DNA of 62,932 bases, filler included, from Welwitschia mirabilis (taxonomy: Eukaryota), in assembly GCA_051453625.1 (NCBI GenBank). It is 6 parts of one record of this genome, joined end to end, with 100 filler letters (N's around TTAATTAATTAA, not from the genome) between each part and the next. Parts side by side here need not be neighbours in the genome. Positions count along the whole stretch, not along the records: positions 47,692 to 54,933 come from JBOZIK010000001.1; positions 55,034 to 60,733 come from JBOZIK010000001.1; positions 60,834 to 62,932 come from JBOZIK010000001.1; 3 more parts are not named here. One strand, written 5' to 3'. The notes below the pieces were generated by a model. That model was not told where the DNA came from. It did not search any database and saw nothing but the letters and a program-made list of their open reading frames with translations. The position numbers and the translations under genes were made by a program. Shown here one piece after another: positions 51,900-62,932 of the stretch; the stretch's first letter is position 1, and each line of letters opens with the position of its first letter.

Positions 51900-54800
51900 A
51901 AATGCAATTACATGAAAAAGGAAAAGTATGCCCCCATTTGTTTTTTTAAGAGAGGAGAGTATCTTTATTTATATATAAATAATAGATTAAAGGCATGTAA
52001 TCCAAGATCATAAGATTACATGATTTATCATTAATAAGTAGGATAAGTAATAAATGACATTAGAGTATGAAAAAAAACACTATATTTATACTTCATTTGC
52101 CTAGCTAAGCCGAGTAATTTTTTTCCTTTCATTACTAAAGTTAATTACATGCATCATTTTCTCATGATAGCTCCTTCTTAATTCCTCATAGGCTTTAGGC
52201 ACATTTAATTAATTCAAGACATGTATTAAAATAATATATGCAAAAATTATAAAGCTTTCATGCAACATAATGAGATAAGCCTCTTTAATTATAATAAAAA
52301 AATAATTAATATGTTATAAATCAAGTGCTATTATATATCTTAAGAAGATAAAGATTATAGTGGAGTAAATATAATCATTTATCATTTTTGGTTCTAGGTA
52401 AGAGTGCATGCACTTATTCACATACTCATTTATTTTATAATACATAAAATCTATCAATCATGTAACACAAAAGAAGATGTCTATTCATAATTAGGCATAG
52501 TATATCTATAACATTTACTAATAAATTTAAATAAGTAAATAAAATATCATGTTATGGTATAAATTTATGTAATCCTTAAGTCCTTTAAACATACATGTAA
52601 ATCAAAATACTTGTAGAAAAACACACACTAGTATAGATGCAAGTTAACCCAAATGTTGTAGTCCATTGAAAGCACTAGGCTAAAAGTTAGAGAATTCATT
52701 TCTAAGGGTATGTTGGTGTTTTATCTTTTAATAAATGAAAGTAAATAAATATCAAAATATAATGCAATGATGAATGAAGATGAAATGCAATGGATGAAAT
52801 GTAAATGAGATGAGTTCTATTTTGTCTTATTTCTCTTATCACAAGGACTAGCTCTCTATAATTCAAATTAATTAAGAAGATTTTATCACTTGTTTCTAAT
52901 CAAATAGAATATGGAATAAGGATGTGAAATGGAAATGAAATAGCAATGGAAATATAAACTAAGATAATCACCCTTAACAACGGTTACTTTTATGACCTAA
53001 ATAAATTATAAAATTATCACTAAACTATAATCATCTTAAACGATAAGGGACATAAACAAAATTGTAGTGAAAAGAGTAATTGAATTAATTATAAAACTTT
53101 TACATCCACTTACAACAAAGTAGTAGCATCTTAATGGAGGATACTCAACCCAACACTAAGGTAAAATTCTCTTTGTGGCTACCAGATGAACCTCTTGTTC
53201 TTTAGTCTTCCATCATAAGAACATCAAGTATAAAAGATAAAAATGGAAGTGAAGGAAAGGAAGGGTATTTATAGTTTTACATTCAAGTTTTAAAATCTCA
53301 ACCCTAGAAGTCAGAGAAGAAATCATAGTAGCCCAAATGGGTCCTATAACCTCATTACAAAGATAATTCTTTCCATCATAGAAAATATTTATCATCTTAA
53401 CTATCGTGGAGATAACAATGGGGATGTCACTCCATATCAAAAGGTGGTCCATTAGCTTTAGGCCCCGCAGTTAACTCTGTAACCTCTATCCATATCAACA
53501 GTGCTATCATCTTGCCTATAATGGGGATAACAGNNNNNNNNNNTAGCAAATCCTTCTTTTAAAGTGTGGAGTATTAGAATAAGCCTGAAAAGCCTCCAAA
53601 TATGCTAAGAATTACATTTTTTGGTGATCATCCTATCAGTCCTTCATAATTAGTAGAATTGCATCCAAACCTATATAAATTTCCTATAAAATAATTCAAA
53701 ATACATCATCAAATTTATAAAAATTAACATCACAACATAGCCTCCTACTTAGCATTTTTAGTCTCTAACAAAGTAAGTAATTAATTATATTGCGAGCCAA
53801 TTTGACTAAGATAAATAGAAACTATAAAAATATAATTCAAGTTTAATTTTACCATGTAGGCATAAGTATCAAAAAAAGTTTAACTAACGCAAATACTGAC
53901 ACTTTCCTAAGCCCTCCACTTAAACATATCACCATAGAATGAATGAATGTCATACACATAAAAAAATCATAAAATATAACAACGGTAGCTTAGAAAATGA
54001 TAATGTATATGAATGATGCAAGATAGTGATATTAGACTAATGTGAAAAACTTAAGTAGTACTAGTCTCAAAAGAATGATGCATCTAAATTCATTACTATA
54101 ATCAACAAGGGACAAGGTACAAGAGTAAATATAGTATTCTTTTCTTTTTAGATGATCCAAAAACATAGCTATAAGAAACCTTTATGAGTGTGATACCCTG
54201 CTCCTATAAGATAAAGTCCCTAAATTTTATTCAAATAATAGAAAATCATATCCAAATAACTAATCATAGATATGTATCGTGAAAGCTCAAAGAAATGCAG
54301 TTACATGAAAAAGGAGGAGTATGCCCCCATTTGTTTTTTTAAGAGGAGAGGATCTTTATTTATAGATAAATAATAGATTAAAGGCATGTAGTCCAAGATC
54401 ATAGGATTACATGATTTCTCATTAATAAGTAGGATAAGTAATAAATGACATTAGAGTATGAAAACAAACACTATATTTATACTTCCTTTATCTAGCTAAG
54501 ATCAGTAATTTTTTTCTTTCATTACTAAAGTTAATTACATGCATCATTTTATCATTCTAGCTCCTTCTTAATTCCTCATAGGCTTTAGGCACATTTAATT
54601 AATTCAAGACATGTATTAAAAGAATATATGAATAAATTTTAAAGTTCTCATATGACATAATGAGATAAGCCTCTTTAATTATAATAAAAAATAATTAATA
54701 TGTTATAAATCAAGTGCTATTATATATCTTCAAAAGATAAAGATAATAGTGGAGTAAATATACTCATTTATCATTTTTGGTTCTAGGTAAAAGTGCATGC

Positions 54801-54933
54801 ACTTATTCACATACTCATTTATTTTATAATACAGAGAATCTATCAATCATGTAATACAAAAAAGGAGATGTCTATTCATAATTAGGCATAATATATCTAT
54901 AAAATTTACTAATAAATTTAAATAAGTAAATAA
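51900..54933. repeat. ~640-bp direct repeat (51900-52540 and 54292-54933), probably Athila-like 3' internal sequence
   Basis: Colinear from AATGCA(A/G)TTACATGAAAAAGG to AATAAGTAAAT. Confidence 0.85.
52550..53737 (-). repeat. Athila-like LTR with PPT at 53738-53753
   Basis: rc GCTAAGTAGGAGGCTA-TGTTG resembles the 8493-8514 junction; shares CCACTTACAA...CTTAATGGAGGATACT with ~61461-61500. Left boundary uncertain. Confidence 0.55.
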
Positions 54934-56313
54934 NNNNNNNNNNNNNNNNNNNNNNNNNNNNNNNNNNNNNNNNNNNNTTAATTAATTAANNNNNNNNNNN
55001 NNNNNNNNNNNNNNNNNNNNNNNNNNNNNNNNNAGAGAGACAGAGAGAGAGAGAGAGATAGAGAGAGAATCAAGTTAAAAATAGATGAATTTGACAAAAT
55101 TTATAAGAATAATTTGCATGCGTGAATTATATAACTAGAGAATGAAGAGTTTACTTTGCAGTAGAGATGATGGATAATAATTGAACATTTACTATGGGAT
55201 AATACTAATGAAATTTAGATCACTATTATGTTTTTTAAGAAAACATGTCATAGTCCATACTTATTATAACTAGATTACAAAAGAAACTATATTTCAACAT
55301 TAGCAATCTATCCATAATATATAGATGCTACTAAATAGTAATCCTAAATAAAATATGAAATAGATCATGGTAATCATCTATGATTAGATTGAAAGGAATA
55401 AATGAAAGATAAAAAAGATAATTAGAATATATGTGAGGTATTTAACATACAATGATATGTTTATGATTGAGGGCAAATATTATGTACAAGTTCTTCTAAT
55501 CAATATCCATGTAATTCCTATTGTTCATGATGTTGAATTGATCATTTAATAATACTATAAGTAGATTAAGGAGTTCATATTCTATCAAGCACTAGAAATA
55601 GCTACAACTACTCATAGTAGACATATTTTCTAAATAAAATATTTCATTCCTTGCATGTAGATTATGAATGCCTAATTAATACAAAGTTATTCTTCTACAA
55701 AGTGATAACATTGCAAGAAGTTCTTCTTTTGATTCTTGTAGGTAGTTTAATAATTATGAATATTAATTAATGTAGTTATTCTAATATATACTCTAAAATA
55801 AAAATCTTACTACTTATCTTAACTAACCTAATTAATATGAAGTATCACAAAGTTTTAAATATCTCATGAAATGACTATGTTAATTTTTATAACATATTAA
55901 TTGTATAATTCTTTATTTTATTTTTATTTTTATTTATCTTTTTTGGTTTTAATATATGTGTTCATGTGCACATGTGTGCATGTGGAGGAGTAAGGAATGA
56001 TGTGGGTATTAAATAATACTTCTGTACAATGTTTATTGTAAGTAATATAAAAACATTTTAAGTCCTTATAAAGTTTAAGGAAGAAAAGTCTTAAGTCATA
56101 TGAAAACCTTGGTTGATTTTGCAAGTCTACTTATAAAAAAGCATTATAAAACTCAAGATAAAAAGTCTTTCAACAAAACATTAGGGGGAGGGGATGGGAA
56201 GAAGAGAAAGAGANNNNNNNNNNNNNNNNNNNNNNNNNNNNNNNNNNNNNNNNNNNNNNNNNNNNNNNNNNNNNNNNNNNNNNNNNNNNNNNNNNNNNNN
56301 NNNNNNNNNNNNN

Positions 56314-56385
<72 letters not shown>
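56314..56385. repeat. (AG)n microsatellite (imperfect copy at 55034-55068)
   Basis: Direct observation; both copies abut gaps. Confidence 0.95.
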
Positions 56386-56388
<3 letters not shown>

Positions 56389-56430
56389 CTCAAGTTAAAA
56401 ATGGATGAAGTTGACAAAATTCATAAGAAT

Positions 56431-59400
56431 TGTTGAGAACCTATTGTTATTGATTAAATTAACAAGTTTTTGTAGTTAGTCAATTGTACAAAGATTTTCC
56501 AGCATCAGGCAATTAATTCACATCTCTTGGCGACCGATCTATTAAGAACTATGAAATTACTTTAAGTTCAGGTGATAGAACCTATCATACCAGGCAACCA
56601 AACTGATACATCAAAAAGAAGATCGGCAATCAAGTGTATCCTACTAGGCAACCGAGCTGATACATCAGGAAGAAGACAGGTTTCAGCACAGGCAACCATG
56701 TAAATCTCTTCGAGCGACCTAGTGAAAACTTCTATAAAAAGACTAGGGCAAACACAGACGACCACTCCAAAGTTCAAGGGCAATCACATTATAATCTACT
56801 GACTTCAGTTTCACGATAGGCTGAGTGACCGACTAGTCAGATACGGGTGATTGCACTACAATCTGTGAAATTTCGGTATCGTAATAGTACGGGTGACTGA
56901 ATAGGTATATACGAGTGACCGCATGACAATCGATAAAATTTTAGTCTCCTGACAGTAAGGGTGACCAAATTATAGTTGATTGCAGATTTACATAAGGGTG
57001 ACTGAATGTTTATCCATTTTCATACGAGAAATCCGTGGCAAACAAGGATGATAGAAGTAAAGAAAGAAGGGTGACTAGATACAAGAGTAACCAAGTTAGT
57101 TTCCAGGTCGATCGTACATATTACAAATGTAACCTTTATGTTTATCAAAAAGCGCAAAATGTTACAATGGTTCGCTTCTCTTCTATCAAACAGTTACCTC
57201 GTGTACTTTTACTATTTAAGCTTCCTTTAATTCAAAAGGAAGGCACCTCTTTTTGTCATACCATTGAATACGAAAAGAAAACTATCACACCATTCTACCA
57301 TTGTATCTGAACGAGCTATAAGTTCAGATTCCTATTTGAGGATCTCATTGCATCATCTATTGTGAAGAGATTACTGTATCATTGAAATCATATTTATACA
57401 TTAGTGCATCCATTCTACTTCCTTTCTTCTGTGGTTAAGGATCAGTCCTAAAATCCTTAGATGTTGGAATAGGTTTTTGGTGAGCCTGACAATTAATCTT
57501 AGAAGTTAATATGTGCCAACTAGGGACAAGAGGTCTAAGGGGTTGAAGGGTGGTGTCTATCCACCATTGAAATATCTCGCTTTTGTATTTTGTATATTTG
57601 TGTGTTTTATTTTCAAGTTTGAAGAGGACGAAGATTGGTATTAAAACCTATTCACCCCCCTTTAGGATCGATTCATACTTACCAATTAGTATCAGAGCGA
57701 GGTTGAGCAACAGATCCTAACAGATATCTACTCCATCTAACCCTAAAAAATGAGTCAGCCCATAGAAGAAAATTCTCTCACAAGGCCTCCCTTCTATGAT
57801 GGAACTAACTATGGTTATTGAAAGGCAAATATAAGGGTCTTTGTTTAATCCAGAGACCTTAAAATATGGGAGTCTATTACTAATGGATATTTTCTTCCCA
57901 CTGGCAGGAACCGGTAATAAAGTTAACTACTCCAAAGAGCAAGGACAACTGGATGCTTAACAAAAAATTAGCAACAACTTATAACTTCAAAGAACTAAAT
58001 GCCATTTTCTGTGCCATAGGTTCTAAAGATTTTAAAAGAGTAGTAAAATTGCACCACTGCAAAAGAAGATTGGAACATCTTAGATACCGCTTATGAGAGA
58101 ACTAACCTAGTAAAGTAGGCTAAGCTTCAGATGCTTATCATTCAGTTTAAAGATCTCAAGATGGAAGATGATGAAGGTATTAATGATTTCTTTGCAAAGC
58201 TAACAGATATTATTAATTCTATGCATGGATTAGGTGAAATCATCAAGGAATCAAGAGTAGTTCGTAAAGAATTGAGATCTCTACCCAAAAGGTTTGAATT
58301 CAAGGTAACTACCATTGAAGAAAGCAAGGACCTAAACATCATAAAGATGGATGAACTTTAAGGGAACTTTCACATATTTGAGCTCAAGTTTGGAAAACAA
58401 AAGAAGAAACTTATGGCTTTGACTATTACTCATGAAATCTCTGAGATCAAGGATGGATCTGACTTAGAACCAGAAGTAATAATGAAATGGCTCTTTTAGC
58501 CAAAAGATTTAGATGCTTCATACAGAGACATTAAACTAGAGGTTAATCTAGGAGACCACCAAGAAGAAAAGAGGAAGGATAATGAAAAATTTAGTGCTAT
58601 TGCTACAAAGATTTTGGTCACACATCAAGTGTCTGCCTAAATAACAGAAAGAATGATAAACGAAAAGAAAAGAAAATCTTGTCAGCAACATGGGACGATG
58701 AAGAGAGCGAGAGTAAACAAAACTCAGATTCAGAATGAGGTGAAATCTCATTCATGGCCATTATAGATGAAAAGATATGCTCCTCTCCTCTTATTGATTT
58801 AGTTGTTGATAATGATACGTTAAATGATATAGAAATGGAATTGTATATGGAATGTTAAAATCTGGCTCATGGAGTAAACAATCTAAGGAAAGAAAATAAA
58901 AGTCTACTAAATAAGATTGAGAATAGAGAGAAGGAAATTAGAGATCTAAAGAATAACCTTGCCTCTACTTGCTCTCAGAGTAAATGAATGTCTAGCAAAT
59001 CGTTTTCTAGCTTTTTTTACTCTTATCAAAGTTCGTATCTCAAACCTTTGTTTAAATTAAGCTTTAAATACCCTTTAGCAAATATTACATGTCATTATTG
59101 CAATAAAAAAGATCATTCTAAAATTGATTGTATTTTTCAAAAGAGTTGGTTTCCTCACTCCTTGTTAGGGTCTAAATTTACTTTTTCTCCAAAATTAAAT
59201 CAATATGAGAGTAAAAACAGATGCTTGAGGTGGATTCCAAAATCCTCAAACAAAAGCCTATTAATCCAAATGGATTTAAAAGTAACTAATTATTCTTGCT
59301 AGTATCTTGATAGTGATTTCTCTAGACATATGATAGGTGACAAGTCCAACTTCATTAAATTTAAGGAATATAATGGAGGAGAAGTGACTTTTGGAGACAA

Positions 59401-60733
59401 AGAAAGAGCTCAAATTAAAGGCATTAGAAGCATTGGTGGAGGTAACTTACCTAATATTAATAATGTGTTATTTGTGAATAGGTTAAAGCATAATTTGTTA
59501 AACACTAGTCAAATTTGCGATAAAGGTCATAAAGTATTTTTTGATGAAAATAAATATATTGTAAAACATTGTTAAATAGATTAACTTTTACTTGTAGCAA
59601 ATAGACACGAAAATGTGTATTACATAAATCAATTCAATGATTCTACTTATCTCTCTTCTCATACTTAAGAAGACATCATCTAGCATCAATGTTTAGGTCA
59701 CATTAGTTTTGATTCGTTAAAGAAATTATGTCATAATGAGATAGTCAGAGGTCTTCCTAAAATCTCTTTCTCTCACAAAGAGTTATGTGACGCTTACCAA
59801 AAAGAGAAACAAACTAGAATATCTCATAAAAAGATTAGCGATATTACCACTAGAAAATCATTAGATTTAATTCAGATGGATTTGGTTGGGCCTATTGAAA
59901 CTGCTAGTTTATCTAAAAAAAGATATTTTCTTATTTTGATTGATGACTTTTCTAGATTTTTGTGGGTAGCTTTTCTTCATGTAAAATTTGATGCATATGA
60001 AAATTTAGTTAGAATTCGCAAGAATCTTCAAACTGAAAAGAGGTATGTAATCAAGAAAATCTGAAGTGATCATGGTGGAGAGTTTGAAAATGAAAGATTT
60101 GAATTGTATTGCAACTCTAGTAGAATTGACCATGAGTTCTTAGCTCCTAAAACCCCTCAATAAAATGGAATAGTTGAAAGGAAAAATTGAACTTTACTAG
60201 ATATGACAAGAGTTATGTTAAATGATAAGGATATTCCAAAATGGTTTTGGGCTGAAGCAATGAACATGACTTGTCATATTTCAAACAAAGTGTATTTAAA
60301 GCCCAAAACTTCTAGAACTTCTTATGAGCTTTGGAAAGGAAAGAAGCTGAATATATCTTATTTCAAAACCTTTGGAAGTAAGTGCTTCATTATGAGAGAT
60401 AGAGAAGAATTAGCAAAATTTAATTTTAAATCTAATGAAGGAATCTTTTTGGGGTACTCTCAATCAAGTAAAGCTTATAGAGTATTTCACAAACGTACTC
60501 TACATATGGAAGAATCTATAAATGTAAAAATCCATGATGTTTTAGATACCACGAAATCCATTGAACTTGATAAAAATATAATTCCCTTCTCTTCTATCTA
60601 TCAAAATGAAGATAACTCAAGAGATAAGGTAATCTCAGAAATCAAGGAACTCAAAAATCATCCTCTAGACTCTATCATTGGAAATGTTCAGTAAGGCATT
60701 ATCATTAGGAACTCTCTTAAAAAATTTAGTACT
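56431..60733 (+). mobile_element. Another SIRE-family element: 5' LTR 56431-57684, PBS, gag-PR-INT, cut by spacer
   Basis: TGTTG...TACCA with CCTATTCACCCCCC motif; TAGTATCAGAGC; gag MSQPIEENSLTRPPFYDGTNY at 57750; MDLVGP...IDDFSRF; WFWAEAM...YELWKGKK...GIFLGYS. Confidence 0.9.
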
Positions 60734-60939
60734 NNNNNNNNNNNNNNNNNNNNNNNNNNNNNNNNNNNNNNNNNNNNTTAATTAATTAANNNNNNNNNNN
60801 NNNNNNNNNNNNNNNNNNNNNNNNNNNNNNNNNCATAAAATAGCAAATTATGGGGCTAGTAGCAATTACATACTACAATTGAACACAATCGGAATAGTCA
60901 ACAAAAACATATGAGCCCACATACAAAATAGCTAATGTT

Positions 60940-62334
60940 ATTATGAAAAGGAACAAAAACAATTTGTGCCTCTTACAAATGAATTTGATTTGATATTTTT
61001 TGTTTCTCTTAGCGTGTATCAACAATCTTTATCTTCAATATAAATCCAACCTATTTATATGAGACACACTAGTATAGGGCACAATCCAAATGTCATAAAC
61101 TGGTGAACTAATCAATCAACATTCAAAGGTTAATCCATTCCAAAGGAAGAAAGCATGTAATACTTTTGGTATTTTATATTTAGGAATTGAAATTAAAAAT
61201 GCAAATTATGTAATGAGATGAATGACATGAAATAAAGATGAGATGTAAATGAACTGAGAATGTTTGATCCTAATGTAATCAATTACCAATTTTACCAACT
61301 TGTTGTCACCTAAGTTGGCCCTTATATTTTATATCAAAATCAGTTTCAATTCATTAAAGCATTAAATTGACGTCAACCTAAAGGACAAGGAATATCAGGA
61401 GATAGAAATTTGAGAGAAAAGGTGCGCTTTATTAATCCAACAAAATGTACTTAATTATGTCCACTTACAAGCAACAACTCCTTAATGGAGGATACTTAGC
61501 CCCACACCTAGGAAGGCTCTTCTTTCAAGTGAATGGATCCCTTGCCCAAGATGTTGCAAATGTCACAAATTGCTTTGATGCAAAAGTTGATAAATAGGAT
61601 GCCTAAGGGGGGTATCTATTATTTTGCTTTGATGGTTTGGGTCAGTAGATAGTTGGAACCAAAGGGTGTGACTAATTAAAAATTAGTTATAATTTGATTA
61701 ATTTTTGAATAGTTTATGATTGCCGTTCTCTAAGCTTCCTTTAGACAAAATGGCAGGATGAAGGATCAAATGACCAATAACTGGCTGCCATTTGACCCAA
61801 CCAAATTTGGCTTGGAATGAGGCTTCATCTCAGTTGTCTTAGGTACTTTGTCTACATGACCCTGTGGACAATCCTTCCTTGATCATGAATTAGGGTTTTG
61901 GTGATAGTTGTCTAAGTACTTTGTCCAACGACAAGGGAGATGATCCTCCAATTTAATCTTTTGATCCTCAAATAAGTCCCATCGATCATTAGCTGACTTT
62001 ATCTGATCTCAAAGCATTAGAATCATCTTCAAAAACATCCCAAATAGTCATGTTGGCTTCCATCAGGTATTGTGATGATGGGTGGAGCATCTCCATGTTA
62101 TTAAATTTTTCTCATGCTCTCATCAATTCACTATCATAACTTTGTCAAAAGGACCACAAATGGATCATGCCTCGAAAGTCATCTAGAAAGGGTCAGAAAT
62201 GTTGGAAAATTGCACTCTTTTGATCATTGGGATGACTAATCAACTTTTGCCCTTTTTCATCAAAAAACCTACCGAACAAGCCTGAAATATATTCCAACAA
62301 TGATGTTAAATACAACCAATTTAGCCTTGCAACA
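60940..62334 (-). repeat. Athila-like LTR with decayed PPT (62335-62349); 3' internal sequence continues to window end
   Basis: rc GCTCAGTGAGTGCTA-TGTTGC junction; blocks shared with 52620-53160. Left boundary uncertain. Confidence 0.5.
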
Positions 62335-62932
62335 TAGCACTCACTGAGCATTTGTTAGTCCCTAACAAAGCAAACGGATTAATAAGTAGTGCGCCAGATT
62401 GACAAGATAAATAATCAAATCAGGCACAAAAAGTGAATTTAGTAATCTTACTGAGGGGCACCAACCTAACTCTCCACTTCCGGGGGATCCCTTGCTCTCT
62501 GTCCTCCACCTTCTCCCCTTCTTTTCTTCCCCCTTCCTTCTCCTCCCTACCTTTTTTCCTGTCCCTTTTCCTCCTTTACCTTTTTCTTTCCCCTTTCTCC
62601 TCTTTGCCTCTGCCATTTCCCCTTCTTCTCACCTCACTCATCCCAGGATTAGGCATGGAATCCTAGCTAGATCCATGCCTTGGGTGTGGAAGGGTAAGGA
62701 ATTGCACGACCAAGGTGTGGAATACACTTAGGAACTCAAGTCCTCCCCTCTCTACTATTATCAATGACACCCCAGCTCCCTTCAATCACAAAATGCTCAG
62801 ATCTAAGTACAAGGTTGAGGTCTTTTCCTACTACATCAACCTTCTGAGGAAACAGTGAGATAATTCAATTGAAGTTTTATCAATAGATTGATATGCTGGC
62901 TTAGATTCACAGTCTTGCAAAAGCTGTTTCTG

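Noticed and set aside
56100-56436. RERERE / SLSLSL ORFs
   Set aside because: Translation of the (AG)n microsatellite and Ns.

Overview
AT-rich plant nuclear DNA from a draft assembly (five 100-bp N/TTAATTAATTAA/N contig spacers plus other gaps). It is almost entirely nested, decayed LTR retrotransposons and contains no intact host gene. Contents: Athila-like Ty3/gypsy remnants (1-9282 +, 36584-40259 -, LTR pieces near 52.5-53.7 kb and 61-62.3 kb); several Sirevirus (SIRE) Ty1/copia elements, including one with a complete gag-pol plus env-like layout (27543-36583) and three copies of a derivative that keeps gag, protease and env-like ORF but lacks INT/RT/RH, with a minus-strand block nested in another copy with a GGTAA target-site duplication; and a Tat/Ogre-type gypsy element on the minus strand (40360-51279). 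Main discovery: both LTRs of the Tat element carry an intronless, 5'-truncated copy of the host inner-nuclear-membrane gene MAN1 (MSC domain), antisense to the element. The disabling mutations differ between the two copies, so their consensus is an open ~331-codon ORF. An intronless LRR gene fragment lies at 25.6-25.9 kb. Family names are from motif recall and element boundaries were read by eye; no database searches were run.
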